Shown here piece by piece: positions 28,201 to 40,200 of a stretch of 64,000 nucleotides of DNA. The stretch comes from Stegostoma tigrinum (Eukaryota): contig NW_026728269.1 in assembly GCF_030684315.1 (NCBI RefSeq), positions 62,001 to 126,000 of the forward strand. Direction: 5' to 3'. Within the stretch, counting starts at the first letter, position 1; each line of letters begins with the position of its first letter. Under the pieces are notes generated by a model. The model saw only the letters and a program-made list of their open reading frames with translations. It had not been told where the DNA came from and did no database searches. The translations under genes were made by a program, and so were the position numbers.

Positions 28201-31200
28201 AAGCACACAGAGAGAGCCCCACCTAGAGTTCATCAGATACTGACAGCGGCATGGATTCATGGCACCTTTCACATACTCCCAACTGCACGGCTAATGCAGT
28301 TTATTCAAAATGCGGTTACTTCGAGATGACCAGAAACGACAAGCACCAGATTATTTCATTTATAAAATGGTTGGGGGACACATTTAAATCCCAGGATACT
28401 GGGAAGGTCTCAACCTTCTGTCTTCAAGATAACACTAGGGATTTTTCTTCCTCCAGCTCAGACCAATCAGACAATCTGAACTCAGGTTAAATGACTAATC
28501 ACAAAAGCTGACATTGTCAACACAATTCTGAGGCAGGGTCACTGGACCTGAAACATTAACTCAGTTTTCTCCTCCACAGATGCTGCCAGGCCTGCTGAAC
28601 TTTTCCAGCAACTTTGTCTTTGTTCCTCAGTTACACCATCCACAGTTCTTTTGGTTTTTATTTTGTCAACATGGCGCTCCCACAGCACTGGCTCTCCAAC
28701 AGTGCCCGCTCCCCCAGCACTGACCCTCTTGATCCACAGCATTTCAACCAACTGTACTCCTTTGGCGCACTTCCTGAAACAGCGTACTGCTCCTTCAGCA
28801 GTGGCAGAGAGCACTGGGGAAGTGGGGCCTGAAATGACGGGTTCTGTTCCCCCAGACTGAGAATGCCCGCCCACGTTAAGAAGGCTTAAATCCATCCTTA
28901 CTGTCGAAGATCTGCACCAACGTTATAAAGAATATGGGGAGGTTCCCACTTTGATGAGCTTTACGTACTGTCCGTCTTCACCCTCCTTTCCTCCACATCC
29001 ACGCCGCGCCAAGAGGGAGGAAAGGCAGACTCACCCAGTGACTGGATCTGAACCTGTCGTAACTCCTCACTCGTATTCACCAAGTATCCCTTTAGTTGAA
29101 CGATCACTGCCTGGAAATACGGCAGCAGTCCCTCCTTGGCAGCACTGGCTGAGGCATTTCAAGGGCAGAGAAGGGGAAGGGAAGAGAGAAAATGGATGGG
29201 TGTTACCTGCCTTGCGGAAAATCTGACAAAACAGCTTTCAAAAATCAGGAAAGGCTTCCAGAGGTGAAACAACTTTTACGTGCTGGGGGATGCTAATCAG
29301 AGGATACAGCTTTAAGCTGCTTGGTTCAAGTCCGGCGGTGATTTTCTTTTGAGGCAGCGAAGGTCTGCGATCTCAAAGAGGGATCGAGTTCCGGAACCAA
29401 GAGGTTATGGTGAAACTGTACAAAACTCTGGTGCGGCCGCACTTGGAGTATTGCGTACAGTTCTGGTCACCGCATTATCAGATGCATGTGGAAGCTTTGG
29501 AAAGGGTGCAGAGGAGATAAGATTTGGATAAGCATATGGACATACATGGAATAGTATAGGTTAGATGGGCTTCAGATCGGTATGACAGGTCGGCACAACA
29601 TTGAGGGCTGAGGGGCCTGTACTGTGCTGTAATGTTCTATGTTCTATGAGGTTTACTAGAATGTTGCCTGGTATGGAGGGAACGTCTTACGAGGAAAGGC
29701 CGAGGGACTTGAGGCTGTTTTCATTAGAGAGAACAAGGTCGACAGGTGACTTAATTGAAACATATAAAATAATCAGAGGGTTAGATAGGGTGGATAGGGA
29801 GAGCCTTTTTCCTAGGATGGTGACGGCGAGCACGACGGGGCATAGCTTTAAATTGAGGGGTGAAAGATATAGGACAGATGTCAGAGGTAGTTTCTTTACT
29901 CAGAGAGTAGTAAGGGAATGGAACGCTTTGCCTGCAACGGTCGTAGATTCGCCAACTTTAGGTACATTTAAGTCGTCATTGGATAAGCATATGGATGTAC
30001 ATGGAATAGTGTAGGTTAGATGGGCTTCAGATCGGTATGACAGGTCGGCACAACATCGAGGGGCGAAGGGCCTGTACTGTGCTGTAATGTTCTATGTTCT
30101 ATACTGCCTGAATGGGAAATGGAGGCAAAACGCGAAACAGATTTAAAAGGGAAGTCAACGCATGGTTTCAGAAAATACTTGCCGGCTCTCTCACAAAGCA
30201 AAATCTGATGGCAGGTGTGTTTGAACATAGTGGCACGCACAAAACCGACTCACCGATAGCGCCGATAGCACTGACGGCCAATTCCTTCTCGCGGTTGCTG
30301 TTGGATGAGCACAGAGCGGTCAACATCCTGTCCATCAGTGTGGGTAAGTACGGTTCAATCTTCTTCCCTGTAAAATATCACCACAGCAAAACACCATCAT
30401 TAAGCGTGCTACACAAATCTCTAGTTAGATCCCACCCACAGCACTGACCGTCCATTACACCCCTGCTCAAACCCCACCCACAGCACTGACCGTCCATTGC
30501 GCCCCTGCTCAGACCCCACCCACAGCACTGACCGTCCATTGCGCCCCTGCTCAGACCCCACCCACAGCACTGACCGTCCATTACGCCCCTGCTCAGACCC
30601 CACCCACAGCACTGACCGTCCATTACGCCCCTGCTCAGACCCCACCCACAGCACTGTCCGTCCATTACGCCCCTGCTCAGACCCCACCCACAGCACTGAC
30701 CGTCCATTACGCCCCTGCTCAGACCCCACCCACAGCACTGACCGTCCATTACGCCCCTGCTCAGACCCCACCCACAGCACTGTCCGTCCATTACGCCCCT
30801 GCTCAGACCCCACCCACAGCACTGACCGTCCATTACGCCCCTGCTCAGACCCCACCCACAGCACTGTCCGTCCATTACGCCCCTGCTCAGACCCCACCCA
30901 CAGCACTGACCGTCCATTACGCCCCTGCTCAGACCACACCCACAGCACTGACCGTCCATTACGCCCCTGCTCAGACCCCACCCACAGCACTGACCGTCCA
31001 TTACGCCCCTGCTCAGACCCCACCCACAGCACTGACCGTCCATTACGCCCCTGCTCAGACCCCACCCACAGCACTGACCGTCCATTACGCCCCTGCTCAG
31101 ACCCCACCCACAGCACTGACCGTCCATTACGCCCCTGCTCAGACCCCACCCACAGCACTGACCGTCCATTACGCCCCTGCTCAGACCCCACCCACAGCAC

Positions 31201-34200
31201 TGACCGTCCATTACGCCCCTGCTCAGACCCCACCCACAGCACTGACCGTCCATTACGCCCCTGCTCAGACCCCACCCACAGCACTGTCCGTCCATTACGC
31301 CCCTGCTCAGACCCCACCCACAGCACTGACCGTCCATTACGCCCCTGCTCAGACCCCACCCACAGCACTGACAGTCCATTACGCCCCTGCTCAGACCCCA
31401 CCCACAGCAGTGACCGTCCATTACGCCCCTGCTCAGACCCCACCCACAGCACTGTCCGTCCATTACGCCCCTGCTCAGACCCCACCCACAGCACTGACCG
31501 TCCATTACGCCCCTGCTCAGACCCGACCCACAGCACTGACCGTCCATTACGCCCCTGCTCAGACCACACCCACAGCACTGACCATCCATTCCACCCCTGC
31601 TCAGAACCCAGCCAGAGCACTGTCTGGCCATAACACCCTTGCTCAGACTCCACCTGAACTGGGCTCAGAACCTCAAGCAGGATCTATACACCTTGGAGAG
31701 AATGCATTGCAAATTCATTGGCGTGATGCTCAGGTTAAGAAAGTGTAGAACTGTAAGAAAAGTTTACACAAGAAACAGTAGGAACAGGGAACAGGCCATT
31801 CAATTCAATCCCAGCTGATCAAACACTTCACTGCCTTCAGAAATCTGCCTGAACCCTCAGAGTAAAATCACTTCTCCTCATCTTCGATCTATGCAGCATC
31901 TCTCTGACTTTTAAATTGTGTCCCATGATTCTAGGCTCTCCCAATCGGAGGAAATATCTTACCTACACCTGTACCTTCTCAGTTTCAGTGAAATCATGTC
32001 TCATTTTTCTCCAAGAGAATACAGGTGCTGTTTGTCCCATCTCTTCACAGCTCATCCCACCATCCGGGGGACGATTCTGGTGAACTGTCGGTGCCACTCC
32101 CTCTACAGTAATATCCTGACTGTAAACTTTAGACTGAGCTACGTGGGGTATTGGTTGGCACTTAACCAACATTGTGCAAATTTGGAATTGTCAGAGCATT
32201 CTTCACTGTCTCCAGTGTGCACATGAAGCTTAACCAATCGTTCACCATATATTCAAGATACAAGTTTAAAGAGTCAGTTCACAGGGGGTAAGGGTTCGAG
32301 GTAAGAACCTGAAGCCAACAACAGGGAAAACAGAACAACCATCTTGCAGATAAAAAACAACAAAAGGGACCAGAACACAACAGAGTCTCAAACAGGAGCT
32401 ATTCATATCAAGCGGTACCTTACCCAGGTTCTCAACAAAATTCTCCAGGGCATAATAAGCCTTTGTGAGATGGCCACCCTTTGAATTGTCGATAGTGCCC
32501 AGGTAGTTCAGGAGAAGTGGCATGATCTCGTCGGAATATTTACTTATATCAGGCTGTGGGGTGGAAGGGAAACAGATGACATGAAGTATTGAATCACGCT
32601 AAGGAAGGCATTACAGCGCGAACGGTAATGGCGCGGCAGGGTGGTAGAAAACATGCCGGGTTGCGCCGTCACAAACAAAGATGATTTCACCAAGTTGCAA
32701 AAGCTGACGGGCAAGCGACAAAGTAACACACAAGGGCTCACATGCACAACGCAACACAATGCAGCAGGGAGGGAGAGTGAGACACCTCGAGCCCCAAAGA
32801 GAACCAATGGAGACACAAAGACAAAAGTTACAGAAGTATAAAACTCTCACTCACCCTCCCTCCCAACTAAAGCAGCTAGTGAGAGAAAAACAGTAAAAGC
32901 AAAATAAAAGTGTAAGAATCATTCTGCAAAGGACTGAGATTCAGCAGAAACTTGTGACAGCTTCGCCTTACCTGCAGAAACTCGGAGAACTGACCAAGGG
33001 CAAACAGGGCTGCATTGCGGACCACCTGGCTCTGGTCGGTCAGGGCCTGACACATGCAGTGCAGCATGGGATGCAGATGTCTGAGAAACAAACGGGTGAG
33101 AACGTCACATTCACATAACAGCTCAGGTGGTCAACAATCGTCATTCAAATCTCTCAACTCTCACGGGTGTTCACGCTGCAGCTTCCCTCCCTGTTACAGC
33201 GCGTACTGATGGGTGTTCACACCACAGTCTCCCTCCCTGTTACAGAACGTACTGATGGGCGTTCACACCGCAGTCTCTCTCTCTCCCTGTTACAGAGCGT
33301 ACTGATGGGTGTTCATACCACAGTCTCTCTCCCTCCCTGTTACAGAGCGTACTGATGGGTGTTCACACCGCAGTCTCTCTCCCTCCCTGTTACAGAGCGT
33401 ACTGATGGGTGTTCATACCACAGTCTCTCTCTCTCTCTCTCCCTGTTACAGAGCGTACTGATGGGTGTTCTCACCGCAGTCTCTCTCCCTCCCTGTTACA
33501 GAGCGTACTGATGGGTGTTCACACCGCAGTCTCTCTCTCTCCCTGTTACAGAGCGTACTGATGGGTGTTCACACCGCAGTCTCTCTCTCTCCCTGTTACA
33601 GAGCGTACTGATGGGTGTTCACACCGCAGTCTCTCTCCCTCCCTGTTACAGAGCGTACTGATGGGTGTTCACACCGCAGTCTCTCTCCCTCCCTGTTACA
33701 GAGCGTACTGATGGGTGTTCACACCGCAGTCTCTCTCTCTCCCTGTTACAGAGCGTACTGATGGGTGTTCTCACCGCAGTCTCTCTCCCTCCCTGTTACA
33801 GAGCGTACTGATGGGTGTTCTCACCGCAGTCTCTCTCCCTGTTACAGAGCGTACTGATGGGTGTTCATACCACAGTCTCTCTCTCTCCCTCCCTGTTACA
33901 GAGCGTACTGATGGGTGTTCACACCGCAGTCTCTCTCCCTGTTACAGAGCGTACTGATGGGTGTTCTCACCGCAGTCTCTCTCTCTCCCTCCCTGTTACA
34001 GAGTGTACTGATGGGTGTTCACACCGCAGTCTCTCTCCCTGTTACAGAGCGTACTGATGGGTGTTCTCACCGCAGTCTCTCTCCCTCCCTGTTACAGAGC
34101 GTACTGATGGGTGTTCACACCACAGTGTGCAGACACATATTTTGGGTTCAGTAACAGTATCAATTTGACAATATTCCTGTTGATCAACTCACTTTTGGCG

Positions 34201-37200
34201 AATATGGTCTGCACAACCCTCTGCCAACACCGCCATGCTCATCAGGCCTGCCTTTCGCTCATACGGATTCTCACTCCTCAGTGCTGGCTCCATCAGTGGT
34301 GTCTACAGCACATACACACACACACACACACACGCAGGAGACACACAGATCAGATGACGGTGACTAGCATTGGGCACACACCCTATTTACAGCAAAGCCC
34401 CATTTGTTTGATGACTGCAGCAACGGCAGAGAGGTGTATGCTCATCACAAATTCCTGCTTCCTTCCGTTATTAAACTTTACCACTACCCTCATCCAATGC
34501 CACCCCCGGGCAAGGATTCGGTGGTATGTGACCCAGGGATTGGCAGAATGAGGAGTTTCTTCCTCTCTCTCACTCCCTCATCCATTGCTGAAAAATCCCT
34601 GCAGCCAATAGTGTTTAGCCTTTGTCAAACACAAAGATAAAGCCATTCCCAAAGTCCTATTTAACGACCTCCCTTTTTAGTATCTTTGAGCATTAAACAG
34701 GAGGTTGCAGAACCAACTTCCACTGCCCAGCCCTGCAGCCTTACTATCGGCTTCCCTTCCAACAGCCACAGTGTTAACTTGGTACTTTTTTTCCAAAGTC
34801 TCTTCCTCAAACAACATTTTTCTTCCATTGAACCTCATTCCACTTGCACATGACACCCAGGTTTCCTGCTCTGCACACTCACAGGGCATCTTTCTATCTG
34901 CCAGCAGACTGCTGCCAAATCTTTGTTACTTCTTACTTTGAAAATGGAAGTCAGTCAGGATAGACACCCTTCCCAGCCCCGCCACCTGACCCAGGAACTC
35001 TCTCCTATGTCACTTGGGATACTGTCAGACTCAGGCATGAGCTTCAAATCCTATATCCTGTGCAGCATTTGGACTGCAATACTGCCCACCTCCTCTCCTC
35101 TGCCTTGCTTACTGACCTTGGTTTCCACCCAGCCTATTTTCTTTACATCCTTCAATCTACTGCGTGTGGGCAATCTCTCTCTGGTTTCATGTTCCCTCCC
35201 CCTTACTCTCGTAGGCAGGTCAGCCATTTGGCCGTCTGGTCTGTGTTCTCTATGCTCAACCAGAACCCTCGGGTAAACACTGCAAACCTTAAATCTCTGA
35301 GCTTTTCTGCACTGTTGCCTACTCTACCAGGAAGTTTGAAGCAAGCAGCCTTCTCTTATCCCTGACCCACTGATCCAGTTTCAGGTTTCAACTCACCAGC
35401 TGGGAAAAAAGTTTCTCTGGAGGCAGGTGGAGAGCCAACATGTCGATCACCTAAGAGAGAGGAGACAGAAGTTTCATGCTGTTAACAACCATTCTAGGCC
35501 ACACAGTGACAACGCTTCATTTTCTCAGAAGCTTGGAGTTGGGATGTTTTGCTTAATACGGGTTGTGGTTTAAAGCAGATACATGACAGATATCAGAGAT
35601 AATGGGAACTGCAGATGCTGGAGAATTCCAAGATAATAAAATGTGAGGCTGGATGAACACAGCAGGCCAAGCAGCATCTCAGGAGCACAAAAGCTGACGT
35701 TTCGGGCCTAGACCCTTCATCAGAGAGGGGGATGGGGAGAGGGGACTGGAATAAATAGGGAGAAAGGGGGAGGCGGACCGAAGACTACATACAGACTAAG
35801 GGGGTGGCCATGGGCACCCGCATGGGCCCCAGCTATGCCTGCCTCTTTGTAGGTTATGTGGAACAGTCCCTCTTCCGCACCTACACAGGCCCCAAACCCC
35901 ACCTCTTCCTCCGTTACATTGATGACTGTATCGACGCCGCCTCTTGCTCCCCAGAGGAGCTCAAACAGTTCATCCACTTCACCAACACCTTCCACCCCAA
36001 CCTTCAGTTCACCTGGGCCATCTCCAGCACATCCCTCTCCTTCCTGGACCCCTCAGTCTCCATCTCAGGCAACCAGCTTGTAACTGATGTCCATTTCAAG
36101 CCCACCGACTCCCACAGCTACCTGGAATACACCTCCTCCCACCCACCCTCCTGCAAAAATTCCATCCCCTATTCCCAATTCCTCCACTTCCGCCGCATCT
36201 GCTCCCACGATAAGACATTCCACTCCCGCACATCCCAGATGTCCAAGTTCTTCAAGGACCGCAACTTTCCCCCCACAGTGATCGAGAACGCCCTTGACCG
36301 CCTCTCCTGTATTTCCCGCAACACATCCCTCACACCCCGCCCCCGCCACAACCGCCCAAAGAGGATCCCCCTCGTTCTCACACACCACCCTACCAACCTC
36401 CGGAAACAACGCATCATCCTCCGACACTTCCGCCATCTACAATCCGACCCCACCACCCAAGACATTTTTCCATCCCCACCCCTGTCTGCTTTCCGGAGAG
36501 ACCACTCTCTCCGTGACTCCCTCGTTCGCTCCACACTGCCCTCCAACCCCACCACATCCGGCACCTTCCCCTGCAACCGCAGGAAATGCTACACTTGCCC
36601 CCACACCTCCTCCCTCACCCCTATCCCAGGCCCCAAGATGACATTCCACATTAAGCAGAGGTTCACCTGCACATCTGCCAATGTGGTATACTGCATCCAC
36701 TGTACCCGGTGTGGCTTCCTCTACATTGGGGAAACCAAGCGGAGGCTTGGAGACCGCTTTGCAGAACACCTCCGCTCAGTTAACAACAAACAACTGCACC
36801 TCCCAGTCGCAAACCATTTCCACTCCTCCTCCCATTCTCTAGATGACATGTCCATCATGGGCCTCCTGCACTGCCACAATGATGCCACCCGAAGGTTGCA
36901 GGAACAGCAACTCATATTCCGCCTGGGAACCCTGCAGCCTAATGGTATCAATGTGGAATTCACCAGTTTCAAAATCTCCCCTTCCCCTACTGCATCCCTA
37001 AACCAGCCTAGTTCGTCCCCTCCCCCCACTGCACCACACAACCAGCCCAACTCTTCCCCCGCACCCACTGCATCCCAAAACCAGTCCGACCTGTCTCTGC
37101 CTCCCTAACCGGTTCTTCCTCTCACCCATCCCTTCCTCCCACCCCAAGCCGCACCCCAAGCTACCTACTAACCTCATCCCACCTCCTTGGCCTGTCCGTC

Positions 37201-40200
37201 TTCCCTGGACTGACCTATCCCCTCCCTACCTCCCCACCTATCTTCTTTACTCTCCATCTTCGGTCCGCCTCCCCCTCTCTCCCTATTTATTCCAGTTCCC
37301 TCTCCCCATCCCCCTCTCTGATGAAGGGTCTAGGCCCGAAACGTCAGCTTTTGTGCTCCTGAGATGCTGCTTGGCCTGCTGTGTTCATCCAGCCTCACAT
37401 TTTATTATCTTACATGACAGATATAGCTGTTTGTATAAACATTAGCTATCGACGCACTTCAAAGTTTGTTTCTTAAAAATACATCTCAGATCAAAAAGAT
37501 TATACGGGTGAGATCATTCACCTCACATTCCACAGGATTTGTCTTAAATATGTTCTAGGGATACTGATCAATGAATACAATATATTCAAACAGCTTCAAC
37601 CAAGCATTGTCCCCCAACAGCGCCCACCCGCCGACAGCGCGGCGCTCCCTCGGCACTGACCCTCCCCCCGCGCGGCGCTCCCTCGGCGCTGACCCTCCCT
37701 CCGCGCTGACCCTCCCCCCGCGCGGCGCTCCCACAGCTAGGCGCTCCCTCAATCCTGTCATTCAGCAATGGTCCTGAACTTTGAATCCGGATGCGTGGAG
37801 TGAGACTCGGACACAAAGGGGAAATTGCGACTGACAGAACAAAGTTAAGCTGAAGGCTGGATTTTTAAATGTTTGGTTGGGCTGCGCTTTGATCAAAGCA
37901 GTCTCACCACCGGATCTATTCAGGCACTTGTGGCTATCACTGAGGACACTCTCTCCTCCCCGGTACCTGTGCTGAGAAGTGCTTTGGAGTCTGAGCCTCC
38001 ACCTCATCCTCAATGTCATCTTCCAGATCCAGATCTTCAGGGTCCATTTCTCCCTCGGGTGGTGGAGCACACATTATGGGGTACAGAACATTCAGGATAC
38101 TAGGGAGCAGCTTCTGTTTCATGATGGCCTGTTGGGGCAAGAGAAAGCAATTACGTGGCCGCAGCTCTCACAAGCACACACTGGGAAGTTGCTGGGAACG
38201 ACCCACAATGGAGTAGTATTTATAACACTGCAAAAGATCCCCAAGGCACTTGTCAACAGTGTTAGCACAAACCGAAAGCCTAAGTGAAAACGGCTAGGAT
38301 CCAAGTGCTAATACAGTGGAGGGAAGTGAGGGCCAGGTGATCGCAACATTCGGACAGCAGGATCATTTTTGCAAAACACTGTGTAAGCATGTCCTGCTGC
38401 ACTGCTCAGGTTAATGTACTTGCATGGCAGGTGAGAAGTCTGACGAGTGCTTCAGAAGTACAGCCTTGATAAACCAGCCCTTTTAAAGAGGCTTGAATAC
38501 AGCTCTAACTAACCTCTACACGCAAGGCTTTAGCCAGTGCTACCACAGCTTTCCAGTGTAATACTTACCTATTTTCTTGCCTGATGGCAACCCAACAAAA
38601 GCAGGCTTGTGAGATGCAGAGACCTGGCAGCACTGCTCTGCGTGGAACCCTCCAAGTGCTTGAGCTTTTTCAGGGTAAACACCTCAACTTTAAGCCAATT
38701 CCAAACATTTTCTCACTGTCCGACACCCCTCACCCAGTCTGGATTTATTGTAGGCTAATTCCCAGTGTAAATTTTAAACAATTCAAATCCCTCTCACCTT
38801 TCCTTTCAGTTTGATTAGAAAGCTGACACACGACAAAGCCTTGACCCTGATGTTGTCTCCCAGGATGGCATTGGCTGCAATCTAAAACAGGGCAAAACAG
38901 GAAAAGCATCTTCAGGATCTCCCATCAGCTCAGCAAAGACAAGTAGTAATACAGCACCTTAAAACATCCCAAGGTACTGCGTGAACCAGCAAAGCATTGA
39001 TACCTAGCCATGCAATAAGAATAGAAGCATTGACAGGCAGAGGGGGAAATCCAGGCCTTATGGCCTAGAAAGCAGTGGGGTATACTTCTGCAGGAGGTTA
39101 GAGAGGAACCTTGGCAGCTTTAACTGGAACCTTTTTTCATTTCTTAAGCTTCTTCAGCGTTGTCATCCCATATTGTTTTTACTTTAGGCGTTAAGACATC
39201 ACGAGCTGAAAAGCTTCTTCAAAGGCAAAAAGCACATTGCTGTTATATGCAAATTAGTCTGTTTCATTACTCCTTCACTTGAAGCCAAAATGAACTGCTT
39301 CTTTTAGAGTGGTTGCCTGGAGGATTTTTGAGGAGATTGTGCTGGATAGCATATATGTGGCAAGCACATAGCTGAATGCTATAAGATCTGGCTTGTACAA
39401 AATTCACATCCACCTACAGATGGGTGAACAAACGTAACTTTAGTTTCTTTATATATAGCCTTGTGAGAGTTACGTTTCTGCAGGCACTCAGGATATTTCA
39501 TCGTTTCACTAGCAGCTTTGATCTGCCGGCACACGCTTTTCATTCCACCATTAACCATAGCTCCAAATGTTGGTCAATTAGCATCTGCATTCTTTACCAT
39601 AAGGATGGAACAATCTGAGCTTCCTCATCACAGTGTTCAGGGCTTGGAAGGTGCTGTTACCGGAATTTAAACTGTTTCTTATTTTGATGGGCAAACAGAC
39701 AGAAGATGGAGCTACAGTACTCTGGCCTCTGAATCAGGTTCAAACTACACTCCATCGACAGTCCTTTTAAAGTTTGGATCAGGCACTGCCTGACTTTTCA
39801 GCTGGACATAAAAGACACTATTTCAAGAAGAACAGATGGACTCTCCCCAGGGCTAATATTTATCTCTTAAATCGACATTATTGATATCTGGTGAGCCACT
39901 GCTGCTTTTCAGACCGTGTTGTGTGTGATTTAGTTAATGCATTTACTACATTACAGCAGTGAGAACACCATAAAATGCAAAATTTCTCAAAGTAAAGCAT
40001 TTTGTGTAATCCTGAGATGCTATATAAATCTTTAGAAGCCAGTACATTGGGGTCTTTCTGGGTGCAGATTTCAAAGACCTTCATGCTGTTGCCTCTAATA
40101 ACATTCCATCAAACCCTCCCAGGACAGGGACAGCACGGGGTTAGATATAGGGTAAAGCTCCTTCGACACAGTCTGAGGAAGGGTACAGCACGGGTTTAGA

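Larger units (their letters stand above)
35594..37410 (+). mobile_element. Penelope-like retroelement, 5'-truncated, with inverted pLTR
   Basis: ORF 35804-37108 has RT motifs ([13 protein letters not shown]) and a GIY-YIG endonuclease (VVYCIHC..LYIGET); inverted terminal segment 35594-35783; 14-bp TSD TACATGACAGATAT (35580-35593 / 37411-37424). Confidence 0.93.

Noticed and set aside
30378-31653. Cys/Trp-rich repetitive ORFs open in several frames
   Set aside because: The 42-bp unit is a multiple of 3 and lacks stops in those frames; no splice or start context.
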